NCBI GenBank assembly: GCA_963676835.2
Contig: CAXXFF010000001.1
Span: 884,795-948,794 of the forward strand
Origin: Marispirochaeta sp.
Lineage (GTDB): Bacteria > Spirochaetota > Spirochaetia > JC444 > Marispirochaetaceae
Reading direction: 5' to 3'
Length of the DNA stretch: 64,000 nucleotides
The notes beneath the pieces are model-generated. The model was not told the DNA's origin. It did no database searches and saw nothing but the letters and a program-made list of their open reading frames with translations. Position 1 is the first letter of the stretch; the number at the start of each line of letters is the position of its first letter. Positions 1-10,181 of this stretch are shown piece after piece. The position numbers were made by a program, and so were the translations under genes.

Positions 1-1
1 G

Positions 2-556
2 ATTCAGGCAGGGGTTATCAATATTTCCGAAAATATGGACGGCCTGGCTCTTGGACTGATAAATATCTCATCCAACGGTCTGCACAATATGTCCGGCTGG
101 ACAGATGATGCAGACTACCTCTACTTCGGGTACCAGTTAGGCGCCGGTGTAAGCTATACGGTTTTTTACGGCGGAGCACCCATGGACGGCGGGACAGAGG
201 CGGGGCTTGTTTCCGGCCTTGGACTGGGCTTGCATCTTCCGCTGGGAACATTATATGCGGATATTGATCTTTCTGCGAAGATGGAGGTTCCCGGAGAGAG
301 CGGAACAGAGCAGGCAGGACAGTTTTACAACTATTCCGAAGAGAAGATTATCTGGCCGTCCCTGCGGGCATCCCTGGGCATGGAACTCTTCGGCGGTCTG
401 GCTGTTTTCGGGGGAGTTACCCTGGAAGGATATATCCCGGAGGTCACCAACTTTTCGGAAACCTTTCACAGCGGATCAAGCAGCACGGTGCCTCTCTTTG
501 ACAGCGGCACCGACATGGAAATATTTCCGAAAATGTTTTTCGGTATCAGAGTTTAA
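2..556 (+). CDS. 5'-truncated LA_2272-like repeat / outer-membrane beta-barrel protein (C-terminal part)
   Basis: Frame is open from the window edge (IQAGVINISENMDGLALGLINISSNG, GxQxGxxN-type repeats), followed by amphipathic beta strands ending FFGIRV*. Confidence 0.6.
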   Translation: MQAGVINISENMDGLALGLINISSNGLHNMSGWTDDADYLYFGYQLGAGVSYTVFYGGAPMDGGTEAGLVSGLGLGLHLPLGTLYADIDLSAKMEVPGESGTEQAGQFYNYSEEKIIWPSLRASLGMELFGGLAVFGGVTLEGYIPEVTNFSETFHSGSSSTVPLFDSGTDMEIFPKMFFGIRV

Positions 557-584
557 GCATCAGAGTTTAAGCATCAGAGTTTAA
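545..584. repeat. 14-bp tandem repeat ATCAGAGTTTAAGC x~2.9
   Basis: Exact copies at 545-558 and 559-572, plus a 12-bp partial copy at 573-584. Confidence 0.95.
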
Positions 585-1674
585 TAAGCCCACCGCCAAG
601 GACAAGATCGTCCCGGTAGACCACCGCTGACTGTCCCGGAGTAAGCGCTTCGGGACGGATCAGTTCCACCGCTGCCGTTCCGTCTGCAGCGGGAATAATC
701 CGGCATTCCACCGGCCTGCTGTTATAGCGGATCTTTACTTCACCCTCTATCTGTTCCGGTAGATCCCGGAAAAACCAGTTGCACTCACGGAGTCCGAAGC
801 GGGTGCCCCCCAGTTCATCCTTCCGCCCGACTACAACCCTGTTTGTTTCCGCTTCAGTGCGGATCACAAACCAGGGCCCGTTACCCAGACCGAGGCCCTG
901 ACGCTGCCCGACGGTATAGCCGATATAGCCGTTATGACTCCCCAGTACGGTACCTGCGGTATCAACAATATCTCCGGGCTGATTGCCCCGGGGGTTTCCG
1001 GTAAAGGATGCAATGAAATCGGTATATTTACCGGGGATAAAACAGGCATCCTGGCTCTCTCTGGCCGAGGCGGAAGGCAGATCATGTTCCACTGCAATCT
1101 TTACTACTTCGGTTTTCTCAAGATCCCCCAGGGGAAATACAAGATTGGGAAGCATCTCTTTGCGGATCTGATAGAGCATATAGCTCTGATCCTTTCTGGG
1201 ATCCCGGCCTTTCATCAGAAAAATCCCATCTTCGGTTTCGGCTGTTCGTACATAGTGACCGGTAGCCATGCGCAGAGATTCTCCGGGAGCAAGAAACTCC
1301 TTCGCCTTCAGTACTTCCACCAGTCGCTGATAAAAGAGAGAAAAGCGCATCCGCTGATTACAGCGGACACAGGGGTTCGGAGTCTCTCCGGCAAGATAGG
1401 TATCCACAAAGTCATTGATAACAAGCCTGGCAAAATCGTCCACCAGATCTTCCTGATAATACGCAATGCCAAGACGTTCCGCAGTCATTCGGGCCCGGTC
1501 CAGCAGCTCCGGCGAACAGCAGTCACCGTTGGGATAGATATAGTGGCTTACCCCGGCAAGCCTGTCGGTTTTTCCACTGAGCAGAAAAGCGGCTACCGAG
1601 GAATCAACACCTCCGGAGAGCCCTACTGCAACGGGTTTACCGTCTAAATTTGAAAGGGGATTAATATAAGTCAT
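574..1674 (-). CDS. mnmA: tRNA 2-thiouridine(34) synthase MnmA
   Basis: SGGVDSS PP-loop, TPNPCVRCN, ATGHY, KDQSYML, ESQDACF, YTVGQRQGLG, TPGQSAVVY. Confidence 0.96.
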   Translation of the reverse strand: MTYINPLSNLDGKPVAVGLSGGVDSSVAAFLLSGKTDRLAGVSHYIYPNGDCCSPELLDRARMTAERLGIAYYQEDLVDDFARLVINDFVDTYLAGETPNPCVRCNQRMRFSLFYQRLVEVLKAKEFLAPGESLRMATGHYVRTAETEDGIFLMKGRDPRKDQSYMLYQIRKEMLPNLVFPLGDLEKTEVVKIAVEHDLPSASARESQDACFIPGKYTDFIASFTGNPRGNQPGDIVDTAGTVLGSHNGYIGYTVGQRQGLGLGNGPWFVIRTEAETNRVVVGRKDELGGTRFGLRECNWFFRDLPEQIEGEVKIRYNSRPVECRIIPAADGTAAVELIRPEALTPGQSAVVYRDDLVLGGGLIKL

Positions 1675-1723
1675 ATAGTAAGGAATTTAACGGAAAACAG
1701 TCATAGAGTATAGATGTCGACAC

Positions 1724-3085
1724 TCAGCCATCATTGAGTTCCACTTTGTTTTTTTCTCTGTCCAGATAGAATGTTCCCCTGGGAACAGAGGAAGTTATTC
1801 TGCGGATAACCTGGCAGATCTCCAGGGTAACCCCGGGAAAGACAGTATCCCGGGAGATAATTTTCGCCTCGGCATTAGCCCGGATTCCCCGAAGATCATC
1901 TTCTGCAGCAGCTCTAATCTCTTCCATGGCAGAAGCGGTACGGTGAATCAGCTTATCCAGGTCGCCCTGACTGCCGGAAGAGATAACTGCAGCCTTCTGC
2001 ATGGCCTCAAGGGTATCTGCTTTAAGCTGCAAAGCCTGAAGAACCCTCTTCCGTTCCCGGTAGCTCCGCAGTTTACGAAAATCGGTACCTGCGGATATGC
2101 TTGTTTTCTGTCCGGCGGAATTTCCAAGCTGTCTGGCATCAACCCCGGCAAGGGCATGTACATCGGCATTGAATATCCTGCCTTTTTCTCCGCATATTAC
2201 CTTGCCCAGACTGTAGACGGCACTGTGCAGGATGCCGCCATCGACAGAGAGGGAACCGCGGCACTCGAGATGCACATTTTCAACAAACCTGGCAGTGATA
2301 TTTCCTCCAACCTTAAGCTGCCCTTTTCCCCGTCCCAGAAGACCGCCTTCAACAAAAAGATCACCTTTAATGCGGATATCACTCACCGCCAGGGGCACGG
2401 TGGAATGGAGATCCCCGCCGCAGCTTAAAGAAAAACCGTCGCCGATTTCGCCGGTAAGCAGAATATCGCCGGGATAGCGTATATTCCCGGTACTGAAATC
2501 AACCCCGGAAATCTCAAGTACGGGGCTTATACTGAAGCGGACCCCTTCAAAAACAAACCGTCCCCCTATGGAGGCCTTAATATAGTCACCTTCCCGGTAG
2601 GTATTTTCTCCCGGCTCAAAGGGAATACGTTTCTTGATTCCCGCAGCTACAGCTTCTCCGGTGACTGTTTCCCCGGGAATTCCTTCTTCCGCCGGTTTAA
2701 AACGGGCCAGCGACTCCCCTTGAGATACAATAATGAAGGGACTGGCTTCGTGAAAATCAACCCGACCGCCCTTCTCTTTACCGTAAAGCCTGGTGTGAAA
2801 CAGTTTCTGAGCCAGCTTCAGGTATGCCGGATCGGCATCTTCCGGCGCCCGTCCCCGGGCTATACAGTATTCACCTGAAGGATGATCTTTCCTATTACAC
2901 TCCCCCACAGCAAGTTTCAGCTGGTCATAATCAATCCCTGAGACAACACCTGCCTGCGAAAGGATAGCCTCCGCCTCTTCCAGCTCCAGACAGGCTCCTC
3001 TGCCGTGGGGAGAAAGGAAAATACCATGGGCTTCCATTTTATTTTCTGAGATTTTAACCTGTATATACGAGTCGCGGTTTTCCAT
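1724..3085 (-). CDS. FapA (DUF342) family flagellar assembly protein
   Basis: IARGRAP..G, GIPGETVTG, VDFSTGNI and beta-helix repeats typical of DUF342. Start placed at ATG 3085 because the longer ORF runs into the argR operator. Confidence 0.82.
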   Translation of the reverse strand: MENRDSYIQVKISENKMEAHGIFLSPHGRGACLELEEAEAILSQAGVVSGIDYDQLKLAVGECNRKDHPSGEYCIARGRAPEDADPAYLKLAQKLFHTRLYGKEKGGRVDFHEASPFIIVSQGESLARFKPAEEGIPGETVTGEAVAAGIKKRIPFEPGENTYREGDYIKASIGGRFVFEGVRFSISPVLEISGVDFSTGNIRYPGDILLTGEIGDGFSLSCGGDLHSTVPLAVSDIRIKGDLFVEGGLLGRGKGQLKVGGNITARFVENVHLECRGSLSVDGGILHSAVYSLGKVICGEKGRIFNADVHALAGVDARQLGNSAGQKTSISAGTDFRKLRSYRERKRVLQALQLKADTLEAMQKAAVISSGSQGDLDKLIHRTASAMEEIRAAAEDDLRGIRANAEAKIISRDTVFPGVTLEICQVIRRITSSVPRGTFYLDREKNKVELNDG

Positions 3086-3189
3086 CAGCACTACTGCAGT
3101 TTCATCCTCTGTATGTATATCGGCCGGAAGAGCTAAAAATAACCCTTTTGTAATAATTTCGCCGAAACTGCTTGCCAAAACCGCCAGTT

Positions 3190-3228
3190 TATGCAATTTT
3201 ATACATTCATACGGAATAAATATACAGA
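3190..3228 (+). promoter_or_regulatory. Tandem ARG boxes (ArgR operator)
   Basis: TATGCAATTTTATACATT (3190-3207) and ACGGAATAAATATACAGA (3211-3228): two 18-mers resembling WNTGAATAWWWATTCANW, separated by the canonical 3 bp, 10 nt before the argR ATG. Confidence 0.85.
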
Positions 3229-3238
3229 AGAGTGCGGG

Positions 3239-3709
3239 ATGAAATTACGCGATGACAGACTCCGGATGATAGTCCGGATTATTAAAGACAATCGTATCTC
3301 CAGTCAGGAAGCACTGCTTACAGAGCTGGAAAAAGAGGGGATAAACGTCACCCAGGCGACCCTCTCCCGGGATCTGAAACTTCTGAAGGTCGGTAAGGTC
3401 TCCGACGGCTGGAACGGGTACTACTACACCATGCCCGAGAGCGAGGTATCCCCGGATACCCAGAGAGCTTACATTCAGGATCTGCAGAGAGGCTTTCTCT
3501 CTCTGGATTTTTCCGGCAACATGGGGGTAATCAAGACCCTGCAGGGACATGCGGACAGCGTGGCATTTGCCATAGACCGCTTTAATCTTGACTGCATCCT
3601 GGGAACCATTGCCGGTGACGACACTATCTTTCTGGTCCTGAAAGATGATAAGGGTCCCGACGACCTTATTACCCACCTGAGCGAACTTATGCCGGACCTG
3701 GAACTTTAA
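3239..3709 (+). CDS. argR: Arginine repressor
   Basis: SQEALL..L...GINVTQATLSRDLK wHTH; GTIAGDDTIF arginine-binding motif. Confidence 0.96.
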   Translation: MKLRDDRLRMIVRIIKDNRISSQEALLTELEKEGINVTQATLSRDLKLLKVGKVSDGWNGYYYTMPESEVSPDTQRAYIQDLQRGFLSLDFSGNMGVIKTLQGHADSVAFAIDRFNLDCILGTIAGDDTIFLVLKDDKGPDDLITHLSELMPDLEL

Positions 3710-3727
3710 ATATCAAGGATGCACCCA

Positions 3728-4744
3728 ATGAAAGCAGCAATACTCGGAGCCACCGGATACACCGGCATGATTCTCAGCCGGCTTCTCAGCAACCATAAGG
3801 ATATAGACCTGATTCTTCCGGTTTCATCTTCCCGGGCAGGCAAGGCAATTGCCGAATTTGATAATGGTTTTGTTGAGCCTGAGAAACTGCTCCGTCCGGA
3901 ATATCTCTCCTTAAATGAGATGGCATCAGAAAATCCCGAAGTCATCTTCGCCTGCCTGCCCCATCTGGCCTCCGCCGAAATCTGTGCTCCTTTTGTGGGA
4001 AAGAGCGTGGTGATCGACCTTTCAGCTGATTTCCGCATATCCGATGCTGAGCTTTTTGAATCAGCCTACGGAGTAAAAATGCCTTCAGCTCCGGCGAAAC
4101 CTGTATACGGTCTTCCCGAGTTTTACGCTGATGCTGTAAAAACCGCCGATCTTATTGCCAACCCGGGCTGCTACCCCACCGCCACAATGCTGCCCCTGCT
4201 TCCCCTGCTGAAAGCCGGTGTTACCGCAGGGCCGGCCATTGTCAATGCTATTTCAGGTATTTCCGGCGCCGGCCGCAAGGCCGTTGACAATAACCTTTTC
4301 TGCGAAAGAAGCGAGAATGCCGGGGCCTACAATCCGGGAAGAACCCACCGTCACTGGTCGGAAATGACTGACCAGGCCCGGCAGAACGGCTCGGAGACAA
4401 TGATATACTTTACTCCCCATCTTGCCCCCCTGCGCCGGGGAATGTCGGTGAGTACCACCATTGATACTGCCGGAATCGATGCAGCAGCGGTTGCAGAGAT
4501 CTACAGCAAAACCTTTGCCGATACCCCTTTTGTAAGGATTCTCGACAAACGTCTGCCCCAGACGCGGGAAGTGTGCGGCTCAAACCGCTGCGATATCTCT
4601 TTCCGCATGGACGGCAGCAGGCTTTTTCTGTTCTCGTGTATCGACAACCTGGTCAAGGGTGCCTCGGGACAGGCAGTGCAGAACATGAATATCCGCTTCG
4701 GCTTTAACGAAACCGAAGGGCTGGAACTATCGGGACTTGTATAG
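3728..4744 (+). CDS. argC: N-acetyl-gamma-glutamyl-phosphate reductase
   Basis: GATGYTG, ACLPH, IDLSADFR, IANPGCYPT, DNLVKGASGQAVQNMN; alternative ATG at 3719. Confidence 0.96.
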   Translation: MKAAILGATGYTGMILSRLLSNHKDIDLILPVSSSRAGKAIAEFDNGFVEPEKLLRPEYLSLNEMASENPEVIFACLPHLASAEICAPFVGKSVVIDLSADFRISDAELFESAYGVKMPSAPAKPVYGLPEFYADAVKTADLIANPGCYPTATMLPLLPLLKAGVTAGPAIVNAISGISGAGRKAVDNNLFCERSENAGAYNPGRTHRHWSEMTDQARQNGSETMIYFTPHLAPLRRGMSVSTTIDTAGIDAAAVAEIYSKTFADTPFVRILDKRLPQTREVCGSNRCDISFRMDGSRLFLFSCIDNLVKGASGQAVQNMNIRFGFNETEGLELSGLV

Positions 4745-5512
4745 ATGAGTGAACTTTGTGTCGTTAAAATAGGTGGCCGCCCTCTGGCGGACGAAGAGAG
4801 CCTCAAGCTTCTCTGCAGCGAGCTTAAAGCCGCAGCGGAAGAGACCCCTCTGGCGATTGTCCACGGCGGCGGAAGCGAGGTAAGCAGAATCTCCCGCATA
4901 TTCGGGCTGGAACCGGTCTTCATCGACGGCAAACGGCAGACCAGTCCGGAAGAGATGGATGTTGTGGAGATGGTGCTGGCGGGACGGATGAACACCCTGC
5001 TGGTGCGCTCCCTCAACATCGAAGGCTTGAAGGCAGTGGGACTCTCCGGCTGCGATGCAGGCCTCATAACAGGAGAAGCCCTTTCCGGGGAAAGCCGTAC
5101 CGGCCGAATTATCAGTGCGGAAGGAAAGCTTCTGGCCGACCTTATGCAGACAGGTTATCTGCCGGTCTGCTCTTCGGTGGCAATGGACACTGCAGGGGGA
5201 GCTCTGAATATTAATGCCGACGAGGCGGCTCTTGAACTGGCCGTCTCTGTTGATGCAGCCCGGCTGATCTACCTGTCGGATGTACCGGGGATTCAGCTCA
5301 AGGGCAGCATAATCCCCAGGCTCAACAAGGAAGAGGCTGAGGCGGAAATTTCCGGAGGAGAAATCTCCGGAGGCATGATCCCCAAGGTACGCTCCTCCTT
5401 TGAAGGGCTGGAACGGGGAATCGGAGAAATTATTATCGGCGGATGTGAAAAACCCGGCGATTTAAAGGCGCTTCTTGCCGGCGCAGGAACCCATCTGCAT
5501 CTGCAGAAATGA
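4745..5512 (+). CDS. argB: Acetylglutamate kinase
   Basis: VVKIGG, IVHGGG, NINADEAA, GGMIPKV. Confidence 0.95.
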   Translation: MSELCVVKIGGRPLADEESLKLLCSELKAAAEETPLAIVHGGGSEVSRISRIFGLEPVFIDGKRQTSPEEMDVVEMVLAGRMNTLLVRSLNIEGLKAVGLSGCDAGLITGEALSGESRTGRIISAEGKLLADLMQTGYLPVCSSVAMDTAGGALNINADEAALELAVSVDAARLIYLSDVPGIQLKGSIIPRLNKEEAEAEISGGEISGGMIPKVRSSFEGLERGIGEIIIGGCEKPGDLKALLAGAGTHLHLQK

Positions 5513-5525
5513 AACAGGAGAAAGT

Positions 5526-6755
5526 ATGGCTAAAATACCCATGAACAAGAGTTTTCAATTTGCCCACAACCCGCCCCTCCCCAACACCTATGCCCGTTCC
5601 CTTCTTCTGATTGATCACGGCAAAGGCTCCTGGCTGTTCGATGCAGACGGAAACAAGTATCTCGATTTCGGCTCAGGAATTGCAGTAAACTCCCTCGGTC
5701 ACGGCCGGGAGGATCTTGCGGAGATTGCCGCAGAACAGATGAAAAAGGTTGTACATGTATCCAACCTCTACACCACAGAGCCCACCCTGCAGTGTGCAGG
5801 CCGGTTGGTTAATATGGGAGATTTTGATGCGGTTTACTTCGGGAACTCCGGAACAGAAGCGGTAGAAGCCGCTCTGAAGTTCGCAAGACTCTATGCCATG
5901 CGGACAAAAGGTGAAGGACACCACAAGATAGCCAGTTTTTCAGGCGCCTTTCACGGACGGACCCTGGGAGCCCTCTCGGCCACCCCCACTGCGGCATATC
6001 AGGACCCCTTCAAACCCCTTGTGCCTGGATACGTAACCCTTCCCTATAACGATACGGCTGCCCTTGAGGAGACCCTCGACGACAGCTTTGCGGCGGTTAT
6101 TGTAGAACCCCTTCAGGGAGAAGGCGGTCTTAAAAATGTGACCCCTGAGTTTGCATCCGCCCTGAATAAAATCTGCCGCAAGTATGACATCGCCCTCATT
6201 GCCGATGAAGTACAGACCGGCTTGAGCAGAACCGGAGAGATCCTCGCCTCTTCATGGGCGGGGCTCGAGCCCGACATGGTAACCCTGGCAAAACCTCTTG
6301 CAGGCGGACTGCCTCTCTCTGCGGTACTGATCCCGGAGAGAATCAACAATCAGATAAAGGTCGGGGATCATGCATCCACCTTTGGAGGCGGTCCGGTAAC
6401 CACCGCAGTTGCGGCAGCAGTACTGGACAAGCTGTGCGACTACTCCTTTATTCTGGAAGTTCAGAAAAAAGGAGCACACCTTGCGTCCAGATTGGCTGCC
6501 ATGTGTGAAAAATATCCTCAGGCCAAAAGCGTCAGAGGGAAAGGACTTCTTGCAGGACTTGAGATGAACTACAGCGGTGACGACCTGAAGGCAAAAATGG
6601 GCGCCCTGCTGACCAAACTGCAGAAGAAAGGGCTTCTTGCCCTGCGCTCGGGTACAAATATCCTGCGGATTGCACCTCCGCTGGTAATAGAGATTTCAGA
6701 AATTGATGAAGGCTGCGATATTATCGAAGCAGTCCTTGCAGAAGAGAACGCTTAA
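5526..6755 (+). CDS. argD: Acetylornithine aminotransferase
   Basis: YLDFGSGIAVNSLGH, NSGTEAVEAA, FHGRT, EPLQGEGG, DEVQTG, TLAK(PLP)PLAGG; AGGAG SD before ATG 5526. Confidence 0.93.
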   Translation: MAKIPMNKSFQFAHNPPLPNTYARSLLLIDHGKGSWLFDADGNKYLDFGSGIAVNSLGHGREDLAEIAAEQMKKVVHVSNLYTTEPTLQCAGRLVNMGDFDAVYFGNSGTEAVEAALKFARLYAMRTKGEGHHKIASFSGAFHGRTLGALSATPTAAYQDPFKPLVPGYVTLPYNDTAALEETLDDSFAAVIVEPLQGEGGLKNVTPEFASALNKICRKYDIALIADEVQTGLSRTGEILASSWAGLEPDMVTLAKPLAGGLPLSAVLIPERINNQIKVGDHASTFGGGPVTTAVAAAVLDKLCDYSFILEVQKKGAHLASRLAAMCEKYPQAKSVRGKGLLAGLEMNYSGDDLKAKMGALLTKLQKKGLLALRSGTNILRIAPPLVIEISEIDEGCDIIEAVLAEENA

Positions 6756-6771
6756 GAAGAAGGAGACTCGT

Positions 6772-8052
6772 ATGATTAAGCACAAACGGGAAATAAAAAA
6801 GATCGTCCTTGCCTACTCCGGCGGACTGGATACATCCATAATCATCCCATGGCTGAAAGAGCACTACAACAATGCCGAGATTGTCGGTATCTGTACTAAC
6901 GTAGGTCAGGATGAAGACTGGGACGGCATGGAGAAGAAGGCCCTCGCATCGGGTGCTTCCAAACTCTACATAAAGGATATCCGGGAAGAGTTTGCCCGGG
7001 ATTTCCTCTTCCGCATTGTACGGGCCGGCGCACGCTATGAAGGGAAATACCTTCTGGGAACCTCCATTGCACGTCCCCTTCAGGCAAAATGCCAGGTAGA
7101 GGTTGCACTGCAGGAAGATGCCGACGCGGTAGCCCACGGCTGTACCGGAAAAGGCAACGACCAGGTACGCTTCGAGCTTACCTACAAGGCGCTGGCGCCC
7201 CAGCTTGAGGTAATCGCTCCCTGGAGAGTCTGGGATATCCGCAGCCGTGAAGATGCCATTGAGTATGCGGAAGAACGGGGAATCAACCTGGGAACCATCA
7301 GCAAGAAGAACATCTACTCCAGAGACTGGAATATCTGGCATATGAGTCACGAGGGAGGCGACCTGGAAGATCCCTGGAACCGGCCCAAAAACGAAATGTT
7401 CCAGCTCACCAAGTCTCCCATGGATGCCCCCGACGAAGAGACCGAAATCACCATCGACTTTGTTAAGGGTTTCCCTGTGGGCATCAACGGCAAAAAGATG
7501 TCAGCCCTGGAACTGCTCACCGAACTGAATAAACTGGGTGCTGCCAACGGAATAGGACGCACCGACTGTGTCGAAACCCGCGTTGTGGGCATGAAGAGCC
7601 GCGGCGTCTACGAAACTCCTGCAGGTGAAATTCTTATGACCGCCCTTGCAGAACTGGAGATGATGACCATGGACTTCAACACCCTGGGCTTCAAGCGCAG
7701 CATGAGCCACCAGTATGCGGACATTGTGTATGCCGGAAAATGGTACACCACCTTCAGGGAATCCATGGATGCATTTATGGATAAGGCCTATCAGTATGTA
7801 ACCGGAGCAGTTCGACTTGTGCTCTACAAAGGCAATGTAATTATCGCCGGACGTAAATCTGCCAACTCTTTGTACATAGAAGACCTTGCATCCTTCGGTG
7901 AGAGCTCTTATGATCATGGTGATGCCACGGGCTTTATCAACCTTTACGGACTTGCCACCGGGGTTGAGGCCATGGTACATAAAAGAATAGATGCCGAGGA
8001 GGGACAGGCGCCGGACATGAAGCATGTGGCGGCTACCTTCCACGACAAATAG
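6772..8052 (+). CDS. argG: Argininosuccinate synthase
   Basis: LAYSGGLDTS, HGCTGKGNDQVRFE, KSRGVYETP; AAGGAG SD before ATG 6772. Confidence 0.97.
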   Translation: MIKHKREIKKIVLAYSGGLDTSIIIPWLKEHYNNAEIVGICTNVGQDEDWDGMEKKALASGASKLYIKDIREEFARDFLFRIVRAGARYEGKYLLGTSIARPLQAKCQVEVALQEDADAVAHGCTGKGNDQVRFELTYKALAPQLEVIAPWRVWDIRSREDAIEYAEERGINLGTISKKNIYSRDWNIWHMSHEGGDLEDPWNRPKNEMFQLTKSPMDAPDEETEITIDFVKGFPVGINGKKMSALELLTELNKLGAANGIGRTDCVETRVVGMKSRGVYETPAGEILMTALAELEMMTMDFNTLGFKRSMSHQYADIVYAGKWYTTFRESMDAFMDKAYQYVTGAVRLVLYKGNVIIAGRKSANSLYIEDLASFGESSYDHGDATGFINLYGLATGVEAMVHKRIDAEEGQAPDMKHVAATFHDK

Positions 8053-8081
8053 AAAGAACATAAACCATTAAGGAGCAGCCG

Positions 8082-9680
8082 GTGAAATACGCGGATCTGG
8101 ATCGTACCGAATCGTACACACGATTGAAGGAGCATTACGAAAAAAACCAGGAGGCGGTAAACCTTGCCGGCCTGCTCAGTGAAGAACGGATAAAACGCTG
8201 CCGGATCAGCTCCGGCGGCGGTCTTACCTACAGTTATGCCGCTAAAGCGGTGGACGACGCTGCCCTGGCCATTCTGGCCGACCTCGCCGCCGAGTGCGGC
8301 TGTATAGAAAAATACAAAGCAATTGCCTCAGGCGAAATAATGAACACCGGCGAGAAGCGTAAGGTAATGCACCACCTGATGCGCGGGGAACTTGCAGGAA
8401 AGGTTACCGACGACGGAAAAGATCTGGGAGCTTTCTACCGGGAACAGCAGGAAAAAATTGCCCGCTTCAGCAGCGATGTCCATGAAGGAAAAATTACCGG
8501 GTCCACCGGCAAGGCCTTCAAACGGGTGGTACAGATCGGAATCGGCGGTTCCGACCTGGGTCCCAGAGCGCTCTACCTGGCACTGAAAAACTGGTACCGC
8601 AAAGAGTACGGCGCCCTGAAAATGGATGCCCGTTTTATCTCCAATGTTGACCCTGATGATGCCGAAGAGGTTCTGGCCGATATAAACCCGGAAGAGACCC
8701 TCTTTATTCTGGTCTCCAAAAGCGGCACCACCCAGGAAACCCTTACCAACCAGGCCCTGGTGGCGGATATCATGCTTTCCCGCGGAATTTCCGGCCTTGT
8801 TCCGGCCCAGCACATTGTAGCTGTCACATCCGAAACCAGTCCCATGGCTGCAAACAGCGATTTTCTCGCTTCATTTTTTATTGATGATTATATCGGCGGA
8901 CGCTATTCGGCGACCAGCGCAGTAGGCGGAGCTGTCCTCAGCCTTGCCTTCGGGCCTGAAGTTTTCAGCCGTATTCTAAAAGGTGCCCATGAGGCCGATA
9001 AGTCATCCCTCAATGAGGACATTTATAAGAATGCCTCTCTTATGGATGCGCTCATAGGCGTATGGGAACGCAATATCCTCAAGTTTCCCGTAACTGCGGT
9101 TCTACCCTACAGCCAGGCCCTGCACAGGTTTCCGGCACACCTGCAGCAGCTTGATATGGAATCAAACGGCAAACAGGTTAACCGGGAGGGAACAGCCCTC
9201 GCCTACTCCACCGGGCCGGTTATCTTCGGCGAACCGGGAACAAACGGACAGCACTCATTCTTCCAGCTGCTGCACCAGGGTACCGACCGGATACCTCTGC
9301 AGTTTATCGGCTTTCAGGAATCCCAGTCCGGAAAAGACATTGATTTTGAGGGTTCCAGCAGTCAGCAGAAGCTCAAAGCCAATCTTACAGCCCAGATAGT
9401 TGCCTTTGCCCTGGGTAAAAAAGATGAAAACCCCAATAAAAACTTCCCGGGACAACGGCCTTCAAGCCTCATATACGGCGACCGTCTCGGGCCTGAAGCC
9501 CTGGGAGCCCTGCTGGCACACTATGAAAACAAGGTAATGTTTCAGGGGCTAATCTGGAATATCAACTCCTTTGATCAGGAAGGAGTACAGCTGGGAAAGG
9601 TGCTTACCGGCAAGGTTCTGGGTGATCCTGCCCAGCGGGATAAAGTACTGAACACCTATGCAGGACTGCTGAACCTGTAG
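8082..9680 (+). CDS. pgi: Glucose-6-phosphate isomerase
   Basis: IGIGGSDLGP, SKSGTTQET, GGRYS, QQLDMESNGK, GTNGQHSFFQLLHQG, FDQEGVQLGK; GTG start with AAGGAG SD. Confidence 0.97.
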   Translation: MKYADLDRTESYTRLKEHYEKNQEAVNLAGLLSEERIKRCRISSGGGLTYSYAAKAVDDAALAILADLAAECGCIEKYKAIASGEIMNTGEKRKVMHHLMRGELAGKVTDDGKDLGAFYREQQEKIARFSSDVHEGKITGSTGKAFKRVVQIGIGGSDLGPRALYLALKNWYRKEYGALKMDARFISNVDPDDAEEVLADINPEETLFILVSKSGTTQETLTNQALVADIMLSRGISGLVPAQHIVAVTSETSPMAANSDFLASFFIDDYIGGRYSATSAVGGAVLSLAFGPEVFSRILKGAHEADKSSLNEDIYKNASLMDALIGVWERNILKFPVTAVLPYSQALHRFPAHLQQLDMESNGKQVNREGTALAYSTGPVIFGEPGTNGQHSFFQLLHQGTDRIPLQFIGFQESQSGKDIDFEGSSSQQKLKANLTAQIVAFALGKKDENPNKNFPGQRPSSLIYGDRLGPEALGALLAHYENKVMFQGLIWNINSFDQEGVQLGKVLTGKVLGDPAQRDKVLNTYAGLLNL

Positions 9681-9725
9681 GCGACAGGCATCCAGACAGA
9701 AGGCACCTATGCCGATAATGGCAGT

Positions 9726-10181
9726 ATGCAGCGCCTTCTGATATTTACTTTATTACTGATTCTACTCCTGCAGGCTTCCCTCTTTTCCGGCGAAACCGGG
9801 GATGAACTCTCTCTGGCTGCAGTTCTTGAATCCCTCTCCCTAAAAGGTACTCCGTATATTTTAGGCGGTACCGGCCCCAGAGGGATGGACTGTTCCGGCC
9901 TGGTCTACCACATCTACTCACCAGTGGTTAACAGTCTCCCAAGGCGTGCCATTGATCAATACAAATTCGGAAACCCCGTGGCAAAAGGCAGTGAGGAACC
10001 CGGAGATCTGGTCTTCTTTAATACTGAAGGATGGACTGTTACGCACGTGGGTATATACCTGGGAGACAACCGCTTTGTTCACGCCGCATCGGGAACAAAG
10101 ACCAATGGCATAGTAGTCTCTTCTCTCCTGACTCCCTATTACAGTCAGCGCTATGTAGGCGCCCGGCGGGTTATCCCATAA
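9726..10181 (+). CDS. Secreted NlpC/P60 (C40) peptidoglycan peptidase
   Basis: Signal peptide; GTPYILGG..GMDCSG, PGDLVFF, HVGIYLG...FVHA. Confidence 0.92.
   Translation: MQRLLIFTLLLILLLQASLFSGETGDELSLAAVLESLSLKGTPYILGGTGPRGMDCSGLVYHIYSPVVNSLPRRAIDQYKFGNPVAKGSEEPGDLVFFNTEGWTVTHVGIYLGDNRFVHAASGTKTNGIVVSSLLTPYYSQRYVGARRVIP

Noticed and set aside
3086..3196. N-terminal extensions in the ORF track (fapA, argR, argD, argG, LysM, YesN, YesM, GDPD, DUF2156)
   Set aside because: They overlap promoters, operators or neighbouring genes; downstream ATGs have SDs or adjacent -10 boxes
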